From positions 110,560 through 174,559 of the forward strand of contig CBDCWP010000008.1 in NCBI GenBank assembly GCA_965223505.1: 64,000 bases of DNA, given 5' to 3'. The translations under genes and the position numbers were made by a program. The notes beneath the pieces are model-generated. The model made no database searches. It saw only the letters and a list, made by a program, of their open reading frames with translations, and was not told where the DNA came from. The stretch comes from Planctomycetota bacterium. Its GTDB lineage: Bacteria; Planctomycetota; PLA2; JAEUHO01. Shown in pieces: positions 46,739 through 55,534 of this stretch (position 1 is the first letter of the stretch; every line of letters begins with the position of its first letter).

Positions 46739-46916
46739 GGGTGGACGCAGGCATGCGACGAACGACCCGTGGGTGCGCGCCACGCCCGGACTCCCCGGCT
46801 GTGGAGTTCTTGCCCGCCCTCGAGGCACGTCGCGAGGCTCGACTGGCCATTTCAAGGGCGCGGAATGCCGGTTGCGTGGCGCCGGGCCGGAAGGACCAGC
46901 GAAAGACGCAAGGCGT

Positions 46917-47270
46917 ATGTCCGAGAGTACCGAAGCCCCCGCTCAGCCGGCCTGGCTGCTCGTCGATCCGAAGGGCCGCATCGAAGCGGCCGGCAGCGCG
47001 GCGGAGCGGCTCTTCGCCATGTCGCGCGACGGGCTGCGCCGGCTCCGGCTCCAGGATCTCGTCGTCGAGAGCGACGGGGAGGTCCTTTGGCTGCTGCGCC
47101 GGGTCGAAAACGGCGCCGTCTGGTCGTCTCTCCTCCCGATCGGGCTGTCGGGCGTGGTTTCCCGCTGTCTCGTCCGCATTACGCACGGGAGCGACGAGCC
47201 CCCGCACTCCCTGGCCGCGCGGCGCGTCGAGTTCCGGCCGCTGGAACCGGCCGGTAGCGAAGGTCGTTGA
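46917..47270 (+). CDS. Small stand-alone PAS-like protein
   Basis: WLLVDPKGRIEAAGSAAERLFAMSRDGLRRLRLQDLV matches the PAS N-terminal pattern. Confidence 0.6.
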   Translation: MSESTEAPAQPAWLLVDPKGRIEAAGSAAERLFAMSRDGLRRLRLQDLVVESDGEVLWLLRRVENGAVWSSLLPIGLSGVVSRCLVRITHGSDEPPHSLAARRVEFRPLEPAGSEGR

Positions 47271-47327
47271 CACCCGGTTCCCAACACCGGTTGAATGCGG
47301 GTCACGCCGCGTGCGTGATTCGGAGGA

Positions 47328-49949
47328 ATGCCGGACGTGAAACACGTCTCGAAGGGCAAGAGCGTGCTCCGCTCGGTTGACCTGGGCGATCCGCAAGCCG
47401 TGCTCGCGTCGATCGTCGAGTCGAGCGCCGACGGCATCATCGGCCAGCGTCTCGACGGCACCGTGACGATCTGGAACGCCGGCGCCGAGCACATGTACGG
47501 CTGGAGCGCCAACGAGATGCTCGGCCAGTCGATCCGACGCGTGATTCCCGAGTCGCTGTTGCCCGAGGTCCAGTTCATCGCCGAGCGCGTGCGCAAGGGT
47601 GAGCGCATTCAAGAGCTGATGACGCGTCGTTTGCGCAAGGACGGCCGCGTCATCGACGTCTCGCTCACGGTCGCCGCGATTCGTTCGAAAGAGGGCCACA
47701 TCGTCGGCATGGCGACGATCGAACGCGACGTGACACGCCGCCGCCGGCTCGACGCGCTCGCCGACGGTCAGCGCCGGCTGCTCGAGACGCTGAGCCGCAC
47801 CAACCGTCTCGTGGACGGGCTGCACGATCTGCTCGACAGCTTCGTCGGCTTGACCGGCGGCAACATCACTGCCGCCGTAATGAAGGTCGAGCCCGAAAGC
47901 CACCGGCTCACACCGATCGCCTCCCGGCTGCCGCACTCCGTCGGTCGCGTGCTGCAGCAGGGCATCGAGCTCGTCCCCAACAAGCACCCGAGCGGCGAGG
48001 CCGCGTTCCATCGCCAGGCCGTCTCCGTGCCGGACGTACGCAAGTCTCCGGGCTGGGACCGGCTGAGAAACGCCGTGGTTCGCGCCGGATTCCTCTCGTG
48101 CTGCGCCACGCCGATCTTCTCGCCGGCCGGCGAGGTGCTCGGCACGCTCGACCTCTACGGCAGCGAGGCCGTCGAGCCGTCGCCGGCCGATCTCGAGGTC
48201 GCGGCCGCGCTCGCGCAGACGGCGGCGTTGGCCATCGAGCGGTCCGAGACCGTCGAGGAGCTCAAGCTGCGGCGGCAGGTGCTGCAGGCCGTCAACCAGA
48301 TCAACGCGCTGCTCGCCGCGGACCTCGACGTCGAGCGCATCGTGCGGCGCGTCAACGAGGAGGCGACCGAGCTGGTCGGCGCGCAGATGGGCGCGTTCTT
48401 CTACAGCGAGGTCGAGTCCGAGGGCCTCGGCTTCCGGCTCTATAGCCTGGCGGGATCGAACCGCGACATGTTCACGCAGTTCGACATGCCGCGTAACACG
48501 CCGCTGTTCAGCCAGACGCTGACGGTCGGCGCCCTGCAGCGGTTCAGCGACGTCACGCGCGAGCCCCGCTACGGCAAGAACGAACCCTACGCCGGCATTC
48601 CCGAGGGGCACCCGATCGTGCGCAGCTTCATGTCGGCGCCGGTGATGGCGCGCTCGGGCGAGGTGCTCGGCATGTTGCTCTTCGGCCACGCCGAGCCGGG
48701 CAAGTTCACGCGCTGGCACGAGGAGATCCTGCGCGGCATCGCGTCGCAGACCGCGCTCGCGATCGACAACGCGCGCCTGTACAGCCAGGCGGCGGACCGC
48801 GCGAACGCGCTGGCCGATGCGAACCAGCGCAAGAACGAGTTCCTCGCGATGCTCGGTCACGAGCTGCGCAACCCGCTCGGGGCCATGGCCGCGAGCCTTG
48901 CCGTCATCCAAGACAGCCTTCCGCGAGGCACGGACGGCCGCGAAGCCGCGGACATCCTCTACCGGCAGTCGAAGCACATGAGCCGGCTCGTGGACGACCT
49001 GTTGGATCTGAGTCGCATCACGCGCGGGAAGATTCCGCTTCGTCGGGAGACGATCGATGCCCGCCGCATCGTGCGCTACGCCGTCGAGAGCGCGCGCAGC
49101 GTCGCCTACGACAACGACCAGGAGATCGAGTACCCGATTCCGCCCGAGCCCATCTGGGTGAACGCCGATCCCGTGCGCGTCGAGCAGATCGTGGGCAATC
49201 TGCTTCACAACGCGATGAAGTTCTCGCCGCGCGGCGGCGTCATCGAGGTCGAGGCGGAGACGACCGGCGCCGAGGCGCGTCTCGTCGTGCGCGACAACGG
49301 CCTGGGCATCCCGGCCGAGAAGCTCGAGGCGATCTTCGGCATGTTCGCCCAGGAGCACAAGGCCGAGCGGCCGACCGGCGGCGGCGGCCTCGGTCTGGGC
49401 CTGACGCTCGTTCGCGAACTCGCGCGCCTGCACGGCGGGTGGGTGAGCGCGCACAGCGACGGTCCGGGCAAGGGCGCCGAATTCGAGGTGCGGCTGCCCA
49501 CCAGCGACGCGCCAGTGACGCCCGCGCCGCCGCCCCAGTCGACGGGTACGCCCCTCGAGGTCCGGTTGCTCATGCCGGTGCTGCGCGTCGTGCTCGCCGA
49601 GGACCAGCCCGACGCCGCCCGCGCCATGACGTTGTTGCTCGAGCGGTGGGGGCACCGCGTGATCCACGTCGCCACCGGGCCCGACGCGCTGACGGCGATC
49701 AAGAACCGCAAGCCCGACGCGGCGCTCATCGACATCGGCCTGCCGGGACTGGACGGCTGGCGGGTGGCGCGCGCGATTCGCAAGACGGCGGGTTTCGAGA
49801 CGCTGCCGATGGCCGCGCTCACGGGACTGGGGCAGCACGTCGACGAGCGGCGTTCGCGTCAAGCCGGCTTCGAGCGTCACTTCGTCAAGCCCGCGGAGCC
49901 CGACGTGCTCAAGCGCTGGCTGGAGGAGATCTGCCGGGCCATTCGGTAG
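47328..49949 (+). CDS. Hybrid sensor histidine kinase (PAS-GAF-GAF-HisKA-HATPase-REC)
   Basis: IVESSADGII...WNAGAE.MYGW (PAS); two GAF domains ending ALAIE/ALAIDNARLY; FLAMLGHELRNPL; NLLHNAMKF; GLGLGL; REC IDIGLPGLDG. Confidence 0.96.
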   Translation: MPDVKHVSKGKSVLRSVDLGDPQAVLASIVESSADGIIGQRLDGTVTIWNAGAEHMYGWSANEMLGQSIRRVIPESLLPEVQFIAERVRKGERIQELMTRRLRKDGRVIDVSLTVAAIRSKEGHIVGMATIERDVTRRRRLDALADGQRRLLETLSRTNRLVDGLHDLLDSFVGLTGGNITAAVMKVEPESHRLTPIASRLPHSVGRVLQQGIELVPNKHPSGEAAFHRQAVSVPDVRKSPGWDRLRNAVVRAGFLSCCATPIFSPAGEVLGTLDLYGSEAVEPSPADLEVAAALAQTAALAIERSETVEELKLRRQVLQAVNQINALLAADLDVERIVRRVNEEATELVGAQMGAFFYSEVESEGLGFRLYSLAGSNRDMFTQFDMPRNTPLFSQTLTVGALQRFSDVTREPRYGKNEPYAGIPEGHPIVRSFMSAPVMARSGEVLGMLLFGHAEPGKFTRWHEEILRGIASQTALAIDNARLYSQAADRANALADANQRKNEFLAMLGHELRNPLGAMAASLAVIQDSLPRGTDGREAADILYRQSKHMSRLVDDLLDLSRITRGKIPLRRETIDARRIVRYAVESARSVAYDNDQEIEYPIPPEPIWVNADPVRVEQIVGNLLHNAMKFSPRGGVIEVEAETTGAEARLVVRDNGLGIPAEKLEAIFGMFAQEHKAERPTGGGGLGLGLTLVRELARLHGGWVSAHSDGPGKGAEFEVRLPTSDAPVTPAPPPQSTGTPLEVRLLMPVLRVVLAEDQPDAARAMTLLLERWGHRVIHVATGPDALTAIKNRKPDAALIDIGLPGLDGWRVARAIRKTAGFETLPMAALTGLGQHVDERRSRQAGFERHFVKPAEPDVLKRWLEEICRAIR

Positions 49950-50025
49950 AGAAAGTGCACACCTCGAGCGTGCCCGAACTCCACGTTTCGCTCATTGTTT
50001 CGGCGCCGGCCCCAGGTACTTGCGT

Positions 50026-50042
50026 TTGGCACGGCGACTGCG
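50026..50042 (+). promoter_or_regulatory. Sigma54 (-24/-12) promoter
   Basis: TTGGCACG-GCGA-CTGCG, exact GG-N10-GC spacing; consensus TGGCACG-N4-TTGC. Confidence 0.7.
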
Positions 50043-50052
50043 AATGACGTCA

Positions 50053-50190
50053 CCCGGATCGAGCGAGGTGACGAAATGAGAGCGCGTGTCCTGCTCTCAC
50101 TTCCGCCCCTAATAAGCCTACCGCCACACACACACACCACTTCGCTTGATGGGGCCGTGCGAACAGCGATGTTCGTGCGGCCCTTTTTCT
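50053..50190 (+). ncRNA. Candidate sigma54-dependent small RNA (~135 nt)
   Basis: Bounded by the sigma54 promoter and an intrinsic terminator; hairpin TGAGAGC/GCTCTCA (50077-50099), then an unpaired C/A-rich tract. Confidence 0.55.
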
Positions 50191-50191
50191 T
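50152..50191 (+). terminator. Intrinsic (Rho-independent) terminator
   Basis: 14-bp stem GGGCCGTGCGAACA-gcga-TGTTCGTGCGGCCC (two G-U pairs) followed by TTTTTCTT. Confidence 0.88.
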
Positions 50192-50299
50192 GGTTTCGGC
50201 GAGCTGGCGCGCGTGTGCCGACGGACCTCCCGAACTCCACGCGGCGGTTCGTTTCTCCACGCCGGTAGGTTCGGGCGCCGCAGCGAATGGGGCTCGGGA

Positions 50300-50316
50300 T
50301 TGGCACGGGCGCTGCA
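50300..50316 (+). promoter_or_regulatory. Second sigma54 (-24/-12) promoter
   Basis: TTGGCACG-GGCG-CTGCA, GG-N10-GC; about 36 bp upstream of ATG 50353, which has a GGAGG SD. Confidence 0.75.
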
Positions 50317-50352
50317 ATACACCGGCGGGAGGAGATCGGAGGGCCGACGTCC

Positions 50353-50688
50353 ATGCGTGAGCATCTCGAACAACGCGTACGTTCGGAGCTGAACCGCAGC
50401 CGCAAGCAGATCGACCGCCTGCGCATGAGTGCCTACCTGCTCAAGCTCGAGCTCCGCGACCGGCATGAGGCCGTCATCGCCGTCCTCGATCTCAAGTGGC
50501 GGGAGCTTCGGCGCTGCTGGGTCGAGCTGTCCGCGGAGCCCGGGAACGAGCAGGCGACCGCCGAGCTCGAATGCGCCCGGCGCCGCCTTTGGGAGGCGAT
50601 CGATGACGCCCGTTGGGTCGGACCCGGGCGCCATCGCTTTCGGGACGAGCCGGCATCCTCCGCGGGAGTGACCAAACACATCGGCTGA
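50353..50688 (+). CDS. Small helical/coiled-coil hypothetical protein
   Basis: SD plus sigma54 promoter; MREHLEQRVRSELNRSRKQIDRLR... amphipathic helices. Confidence 0.7.
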   Translation: MREHLEQRVRSELNRSRKQIDRLRMSAYLLKLELRDRHEAVIAVLDLKWRELRRCWVELSAEPGNEQATAELECARRRLWEAIDDARWVGPGRHRFRDEPASSAGVTKHIG

Positions 50689-50880
50689 CTTTCGACTCGG
50701 TGCGTTCGTCCTGCAAGGCGCTTCGAGTCGACGCGATCGCGCTCGCGGGCGCATGGCTTCGCGTAGAAGCCCATGTCCCCCCGGCCCTCGGGCCGGTCGC
50801 ACGGACCGCGCGGGTGATCTCGCCCGCGCGGTCCTCCTCTTCCCCCGCTGGCGGGGCGCGGCCCGATTGAATGGGGTAGA

Positions 50881-52869
50881 GTGCGGGCGCCTCCTGGCGG
50901 AGGGGTGTTCTTGATCGCGCGTCTCGCACTTGCCGTTCTGACCGTCGTATGCCTGGCCGCGCCGCCGGTTTGGGCGGAGCTCGCGGAGAAGCTGCAGGCG
51001 GTCACCGCGGCACAGGACGCCGGTGACGACGAGGCCATGGTCAAGGCGCTCGACGGGCTCGCCAAGGCGTACAACGCCAGCGACGACGACTCGATGCGCG
51101 AGGAGATCCTCACCGCGCTCGGATTCCTGCTCCTGGACGAAGACGAGTTCCCCAAGTCGCGACCGGTGGCCGCGCGCGTCCTCGGCGATCTGAAGGACAG
51201 AGCCGGCGCTTGGTACGAGCTCGAGGGCTTCATGCCGACCGCGGACCAGACGAACACCGGCGCGTTCGAGCACGCCGTGGTCGTCGCGGCCGGGAAGCTC
51301 AACCAGGGCGAGGTGCTCGACCAGCTTCTCGAGTTCGCCCGCGAGGCGGCGGACGACAAGCTCGCGGCGGCCGCGGTGACGTCGCTCGCGGCCTTCGACA
51401 AGAGCACCGACGCGCATCAGCGCGTAACGAAGGCTCTGATGGACCTCGCCGCGACGTTGCTGCCCGACGAGGCCGCGGACGCGCAGGACAAGGCGCGCTG
51501 GGCGGCGCTTCGCCCGCCGCTCGTCGCGACGCTGCGAACGCTCACCGGGCGCAAGAAGGCGAGCGCGAAGGACTTCGCCGCGCAGGGAACGCGCGGACGG
51601 CGCACGACGTCCGACGGCTCGACGGTCCCGCCGGGTCCCACGCCGCCCGACAAGGCGCCCGACCCGACCGCGCCCACGAAGACCACGCCGTGGGAACAGC
51701 TCTTCGCCAACTTCAAGGCCGAAGAGCCCGGCAACCGGCTCGGTGCGGTCGACGAGGTGTTCGACCGCGAGCTCGTCGGGGACGACGTGCGCGGGGCGTT
51801 GATCGAGCTGGTCGAGATCGAGACCGACTGGCGCGTCCTGTCGATGGCACTGCGCTGTCTCGCGTTCCAGGACACGATGGACGAGCCCGCGGCCCGCATG
51901 CTGAAGCACAAGAAGCACCGCATCTGGCAGGTCCGGCTCGCGCTCGCCGAGGGTCTGCTCGCGTACCGGCACCTGAAGGGCGTGGAGACGTTGATCGACC
52001 TGCTCGGCGACAAGCGCATGCGCGTGCGCGACGAGGCGGGCGAATCGCTCTACAAGCTCACCGGCAAGGACCTCGGCGTCGTGCAGAAGCGCTGGGCCAA
52101 GTGGCTGCGCGAGCAGAAGGGCATCATTCGGTTCATTCCGCCGAAGCACCGTCCGAAGGACTACGGGACGGTCGACCGGGACAAGGGCTACGCGTTCGCC
52201 TACAACCGCTTCTTCGGGACGCGCATCCGCAGCGACCGCGTGATGCTCGTCCTCGACAAGAGCGAGAGTATGTACTACGGCCTCTGGGACCAGACCGTTC
52301 TCGAGGTCGAGATGTTCCTCGGGACGGCGCTCCCGACGACATTCTTCGGCGTCGTGGAGTTCGACGCGAAGCCTCGGATCTGGCAGAAGCGGCTCGCGCC
52401 GGCGAACGACAAGAACGCGGACGACGTGTTGAGTTTCCTCAAGCGCGCCAAGCCCTACGGTCCGACCAACGTGATGGATTCGATGCGCCAGGCCATGAAC
52501 GTTCGCGATGTCGACACGGTCGTCCTGTTGTCCGACGGCGTACCCAACCGCGGGAACCCCAGGGATCCGGCGCCGATCCTCGCGCAGATCCGTCGCACCA
52601 ATCGCTACACCCGGATCGGGATCCACACCCTGCAGATGGAGCTCGGGCGCCGCTTCGAGCACGACGGACCCAGGGGCGAGGACAAGCCCCCGCTCGACGA
52701 GAAGGAGAAGCTCCGCCGCGAGCGCGTGCGGGCCGGCGCGGAGAACACGGCGCTCGGCGGCTTCCTCAAGCGCATGGCCGACGAGAACGACGGGACGTTC
52801 GGCGTCGTGTTCGCCGACTGGTACGCGCCGCCGCCCGACGCCCAGCTGCGTGACGGAACCGACAAGTGA
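50881..52869 (+). CDS. Secreted HEAT-repeat plus VWA-domain protein
   Basis: Signal peptide ending VWA-EL (true start probably TTG 50911 after GGAGGGG); WQVRLALAEGL, VRDEAGESLYKLTGKDLG..W.KW; MIDAS DKSESM, TN, LLSDG. Confidence 0.87.
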   Translation: MRAPPGGGVFLIARLALAVLTVVCLAAPPVWAELAEKLQAVTAAQDAGDDEAMVKALDGLAKAYNASDDDSMREEILTALGFLLLDEDEFPKSRPVAARVLGDLKDRAGAWYELEGFMPTADQTNTGAFEHAVVVAAGKLNQGEVLDQLLEFAREAADDKLAAAAVTSLAAFDKSTDAHQRVTKALMDLAATLLPDEAADAQDKARWAALRPPLVATLRTLTGRKKASAKDFAAQGTRGRRTTSDGSTVPPGPTPPDKAPDPTAPTKTTPWEQLFANFKAEEPGNRLGAVDEVFDRELVGDDVRGALIELVEIETDWRVLSMALRCLAFQDTMDEPAARMLKHKKHRIWQVRLALAEGLLAYRHLKGVETLIDLLGDKRMRVRDEAGESLYKLTGKDLGVVQKRWAKWLREQKGIIRFIPPKHRPKDYGTVDRDKGYAFAYNRFFGTRIRSDRVMLVLDKSESMYYGLWDQTVLEVEMFLGTALPTTFFGVVEFDAKPRIWQKRLAPANDKNADDVLSFLKRAKPYGPTNVMDSMRQAMNVRDVDTVVLLSDGVPNRGNPRDPAPILAQIRRTNRYTRIGIHTLQMELGRRFEHDGPRGEDKPPLDEKEKLRRERVRAGAENTALGGFLKRMADENDGTFGVVFADWYAPPPDAQLRDGTDK

Positions 52870-54788
52870 GGACGCTCGTTGCGGCCGTGGCCCTCGTGTT
52901 CGTGGGGGCGCTGCCCTTCAGCGCGGCGCGAGCGGAGCAAGCCGCGCGGCTCGAGATTCCCGACGGGCGCGTGATCCGCGGCACGAAGCTCCGCAAGGAA
53001 AAGGACGCCGTCGTGCTGGAGACCGTCTTCGGTCCGTTGCGCGTGCCGAACGCCCTGCTCCAGCCGCCGAAGCCGGACCCGCAAGCCGCGCCGACGAACC
53101 CGAACGACAACGCGCTGCCCGACGCGCCGCGCGTGACGACGTCGAGATGGATCAAGCTCGAGAGCGATCTCTCGCTCGCGCGCACCCGCACGTACCACGA
53201 CATGCTCGACGCCTTCGTCGAGCGCATGATCGAGATCTACGAGCTCGACAAGCGGCGCGTCGCCAAGCGCGCTCCGTTCCACGTGCTCGTGTGGCGATCG
53301 AAGGACGACTTCAAGGCGGTACAGGATCGCATCGCGCCGGGCATCGCCGCGCTGAAAGGCAAGGAGTTCGCGGAGGCGACGGCGGGCTTCTACAGCCCGG
53401 GCGAAGACAAGGTCTACATGTGGGATGCGCGCGGCATGTGGGGCGACCATCCAACCGTCGCGCTGCACGAGGTCTGCCATCTCGTCAACACGCGGCTGAG
53501 CGCGGCGACGGGGGTTCGCTTCTCGCAGTGGTTCGAAGAAGGCAGCGCGATGTACTTCCAGATGTTCGTGCCCGGCACCAGCGAGCCCGACTTGAACCTG
53601 TCCGCGCTCGCGACCGTGACGGAGGCCATCGAGGCCGGAACGCCCATGGGCAATCGCGAGCTTCGAAGCGTCTCGTACGCCGACTTCAAGGGCTACGAGT
53701 ACGCGTGGGGGTGGGCGCTCGTTCAGTTCCTCCGCCGCCACGAGGGCGGCAAGCACTGGAAGCCGCTGTTGAAGTTCCAGCGCACGGCGAGCGCCGGCGC
53801 GCCCGGCGACTCGGAGAACGGCCGCTTCCTGAAGGCGATCAAGTACGAGAACGACGCGAAGTTGAACGAAGCGTGGCACGCGTATCTGCTGACGCTGGTG
53901 CCGGAAGAGAACGTGCCGCTCGGCGCGTCGCAAGAGAACCTCGTGGAGGTCGAGGCCATCGAGAAGCCGACCCCGGAGCAGGCGCAGCTCTTCGCCGGTC
54001 TCGGCCGGTCGTTCGCGCGCGCCGGCAATCCGAAGCCCGCCGTCGTCTATCTGCGCGCCGCGCGACGGGGCGGTGTCGAGGACACGTCGCTCTGCCTGCT
54101 CTTCGCACGCATGCTGGCCGAGGACGAGGGGCTGGCCGTCGACGAGCCCTGGCCCGCCGAGGCGTTTTCCGCGATCGAGCACGCGGTCCGGATCGGTCCG
54201 CTGCGCGCGGACGCGCGCTTGGTGCTCGGGCGTCAGCTGCTGTTGCGTGCGACGGATCCCGACGAAGCGCAAGAACCACTCGACCAGCTCGGACTCGCGT
54301 TGCTGGTCATGGGTCCCGACGACGACGACAAGATGATCGCGAAGTGGGCGCTCACCGCCGGCTGCGAAGCGATGCCCCAGAAGTCGCCGCAAGAGGTGCG
54401 CGCGTGGCTGGCCGAGCGCGTTCCGCCGGCCGAGGCGTCGCTGCGCGCGGCGTGGGTCTACTTCCTGCAGGAGCGCGAGGCGTGGGAGCTGTTGATCGAG
54501 GCGCTGGAGGGGCGGTTGAAGGGCGGCACCGCGTCGTTCAGCGACCGCAAGACGCTGGCGGGTCTGTATCTGGCGAGCGATCGCAACGACGAGGCGGCGA
54601 CGATCTACGCGGCCTTGCTCGCGGAGGACGCGGGCGCCGTCACGCTCTGGCCGCATTACGTTCGCGCGCTCGCGGCGTCCGGCAAGCCCGACGAGGCCGC
54701 GGACGCGAAGGCCAAGGGCCTGGAAGCGGCGGATCGCGTCGGCTCGTTTCGGCTTCGCCGCATCATCGAGCGGATTCCGGTTCGCTGA
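52866..54788 (+). CDS. Secreted gluzincin-like (DUF1570/peptidase MA-like) metalloprotein with TPR-like C-terminus
   Basis: GTGA overlap; signal peptide; TAGFYSP, LHEVCHLV (HExxH), QWFEEGSAMYF, YAWGWALVQFL; helical C-terminal repeats. Confidence 0.85.
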   Translation: MRTLVAAVALVFVGALPFSAARAEQAARLEIPDGRVIRGTKLRKEKDAVVLETVFGPLRVPNALLQPPKPDPQAAPTNPNDNALPDAPRVTTSRWIKLESDLSLARTRTYHDMLDAFVERMIEIYELDKRRVAKRAPFHVLVWRSKDDFKAVQDRIAPGIAALKGKEFAEATAGFYSPGEDKVYMWDARGMWGDHPTVALHEVCHLVNTRLSAATGVRFSQWFEEGSAMYFQMFVPGTSEPDLNLSALATVTEAIEAGTPMGNRELRSVSYADFKGYEYAWGWALVQFLRRHEGGKHWKPLLKFQRTASAGAPGDSENGRFLKAIKYENDAKLNEAWHAYLLTLVPEENVPLGASQENLVEVEAIEKPTPEQAQLFAGLGRSFARAGNPKPAVVYLRAARRGGVEDTSLCLLFARMLAEDEGLAVDEPWPAEAFSAIEHAVRIGPLRADARLVLGRQLLLRATDPDEAQEPLDQLGLALLVMGPDDDDKMIAKWALTAGCEAMPQKSPQEVRAWLAERVPPAEASLRAAWVYFLQEREAWELLIEALEGRLKGGTASFSDRKTLAGLYLASDRNDEAATIYAALLAEDAGAVTLWPHYVRALAASGKPDEAADAKAKGLEAADRVGSFRLRRIIERIPVR

Positions 54789-55474
54789 TGCGCGTGCGCG
54801 CCGTCGTCTTCGATCTGTTCGGAACCCTCGTCCCCGACATCGCGCCGGGATCGTGGGCGGACAGCAACGCCGAGATCGCGGCGCTGTTCGGAACGACCGG
54901 CAAGGCGCTCGGCGACGCGTGGCGGCCGACGTTCATGCAGCGCATGACCGGCGAGATGAAGGACGACGACCGCGTGTTCCAGTCGGCGCTCGACGCGCTC
55001 GGCATCACGGCGGACGACCAGACGCACCGGCAGGCCGTGCAGACGCGCGAGGCGTTCATGTTGCGCTGCCTGACGCCCAAGCCGGATGCGATCGAGTGCC
55101 TCGCTGCGCTGAAGGGCGCGGGCATCAAGTTGGGGCTCGCCACCGACTGCTCATCGAACACACCGCACCTGCTCGATCGCACCCCGCTCGGCGCGTTCTT
55201 GCCCGTGCGCGCGGCGTCCGCGCACCTGGGCGTCACCAAGCCGGACCCGCGCATGTACCAATTCGTGCTGGACGGGCTGGGCGTCGAGGCGCGCGACTGC
55301 GTCTACGTCGGGGACGGCAACTCGGAGGAGCTGCCGGGCGCGAAGCGACTGGGCTTCACGACGGTATGGGTCGACAACGGCGCCGATCAGCATCACCGCC
55401 GCTCCTTCGTCCCGGAGGGCGACCACACGGTGCGGGCTTTGGCCGAGATTCCGGCTCTGGTCGCGGGCCTCTGA
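54788..55474 (+). CDS. HAD-superfamily hydrolase
   Basis: AVVFDLFGTLV, KPDPRMY, YVGDGNSEELPGA..LG. Confidence 0.92.
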   Translation: MRVRAVVFDLFGTLVPDIAPGSWADSNAEIAALFGTTGKALGDAWRPTFMQRMTGEMKDDDRVFQSALDALGITADDQTHRQAVQTREAFMLRCLTPKPDAIECLAALKGAGIKLGLATDCSSNTPHLLDRTPLGAFLPVRAASAHLGVTKPDPRMYQFVLDGLGVEARDCVYVGDGNSEELPGAKRLGFTTVWVDNGADQHHRRSFVPEGDHTVRALAEIPALVAGL

Positions 55475-55534
55475 CCCGCGGCCCGGATTTCGTGCAACGC
55501 TTTGGGGGTCGGCGGCATGTCCCTTCCAAAGACC

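Noticed and set aside
49995..50360. 121-aa ORF (or shorter from ATG 50076) spanning the candidate sRNA
   Set aside because: Runs through a strong intrinsic terminator and a second promoter, with atypical codons (CTA ATA, CAC ACA repeats).
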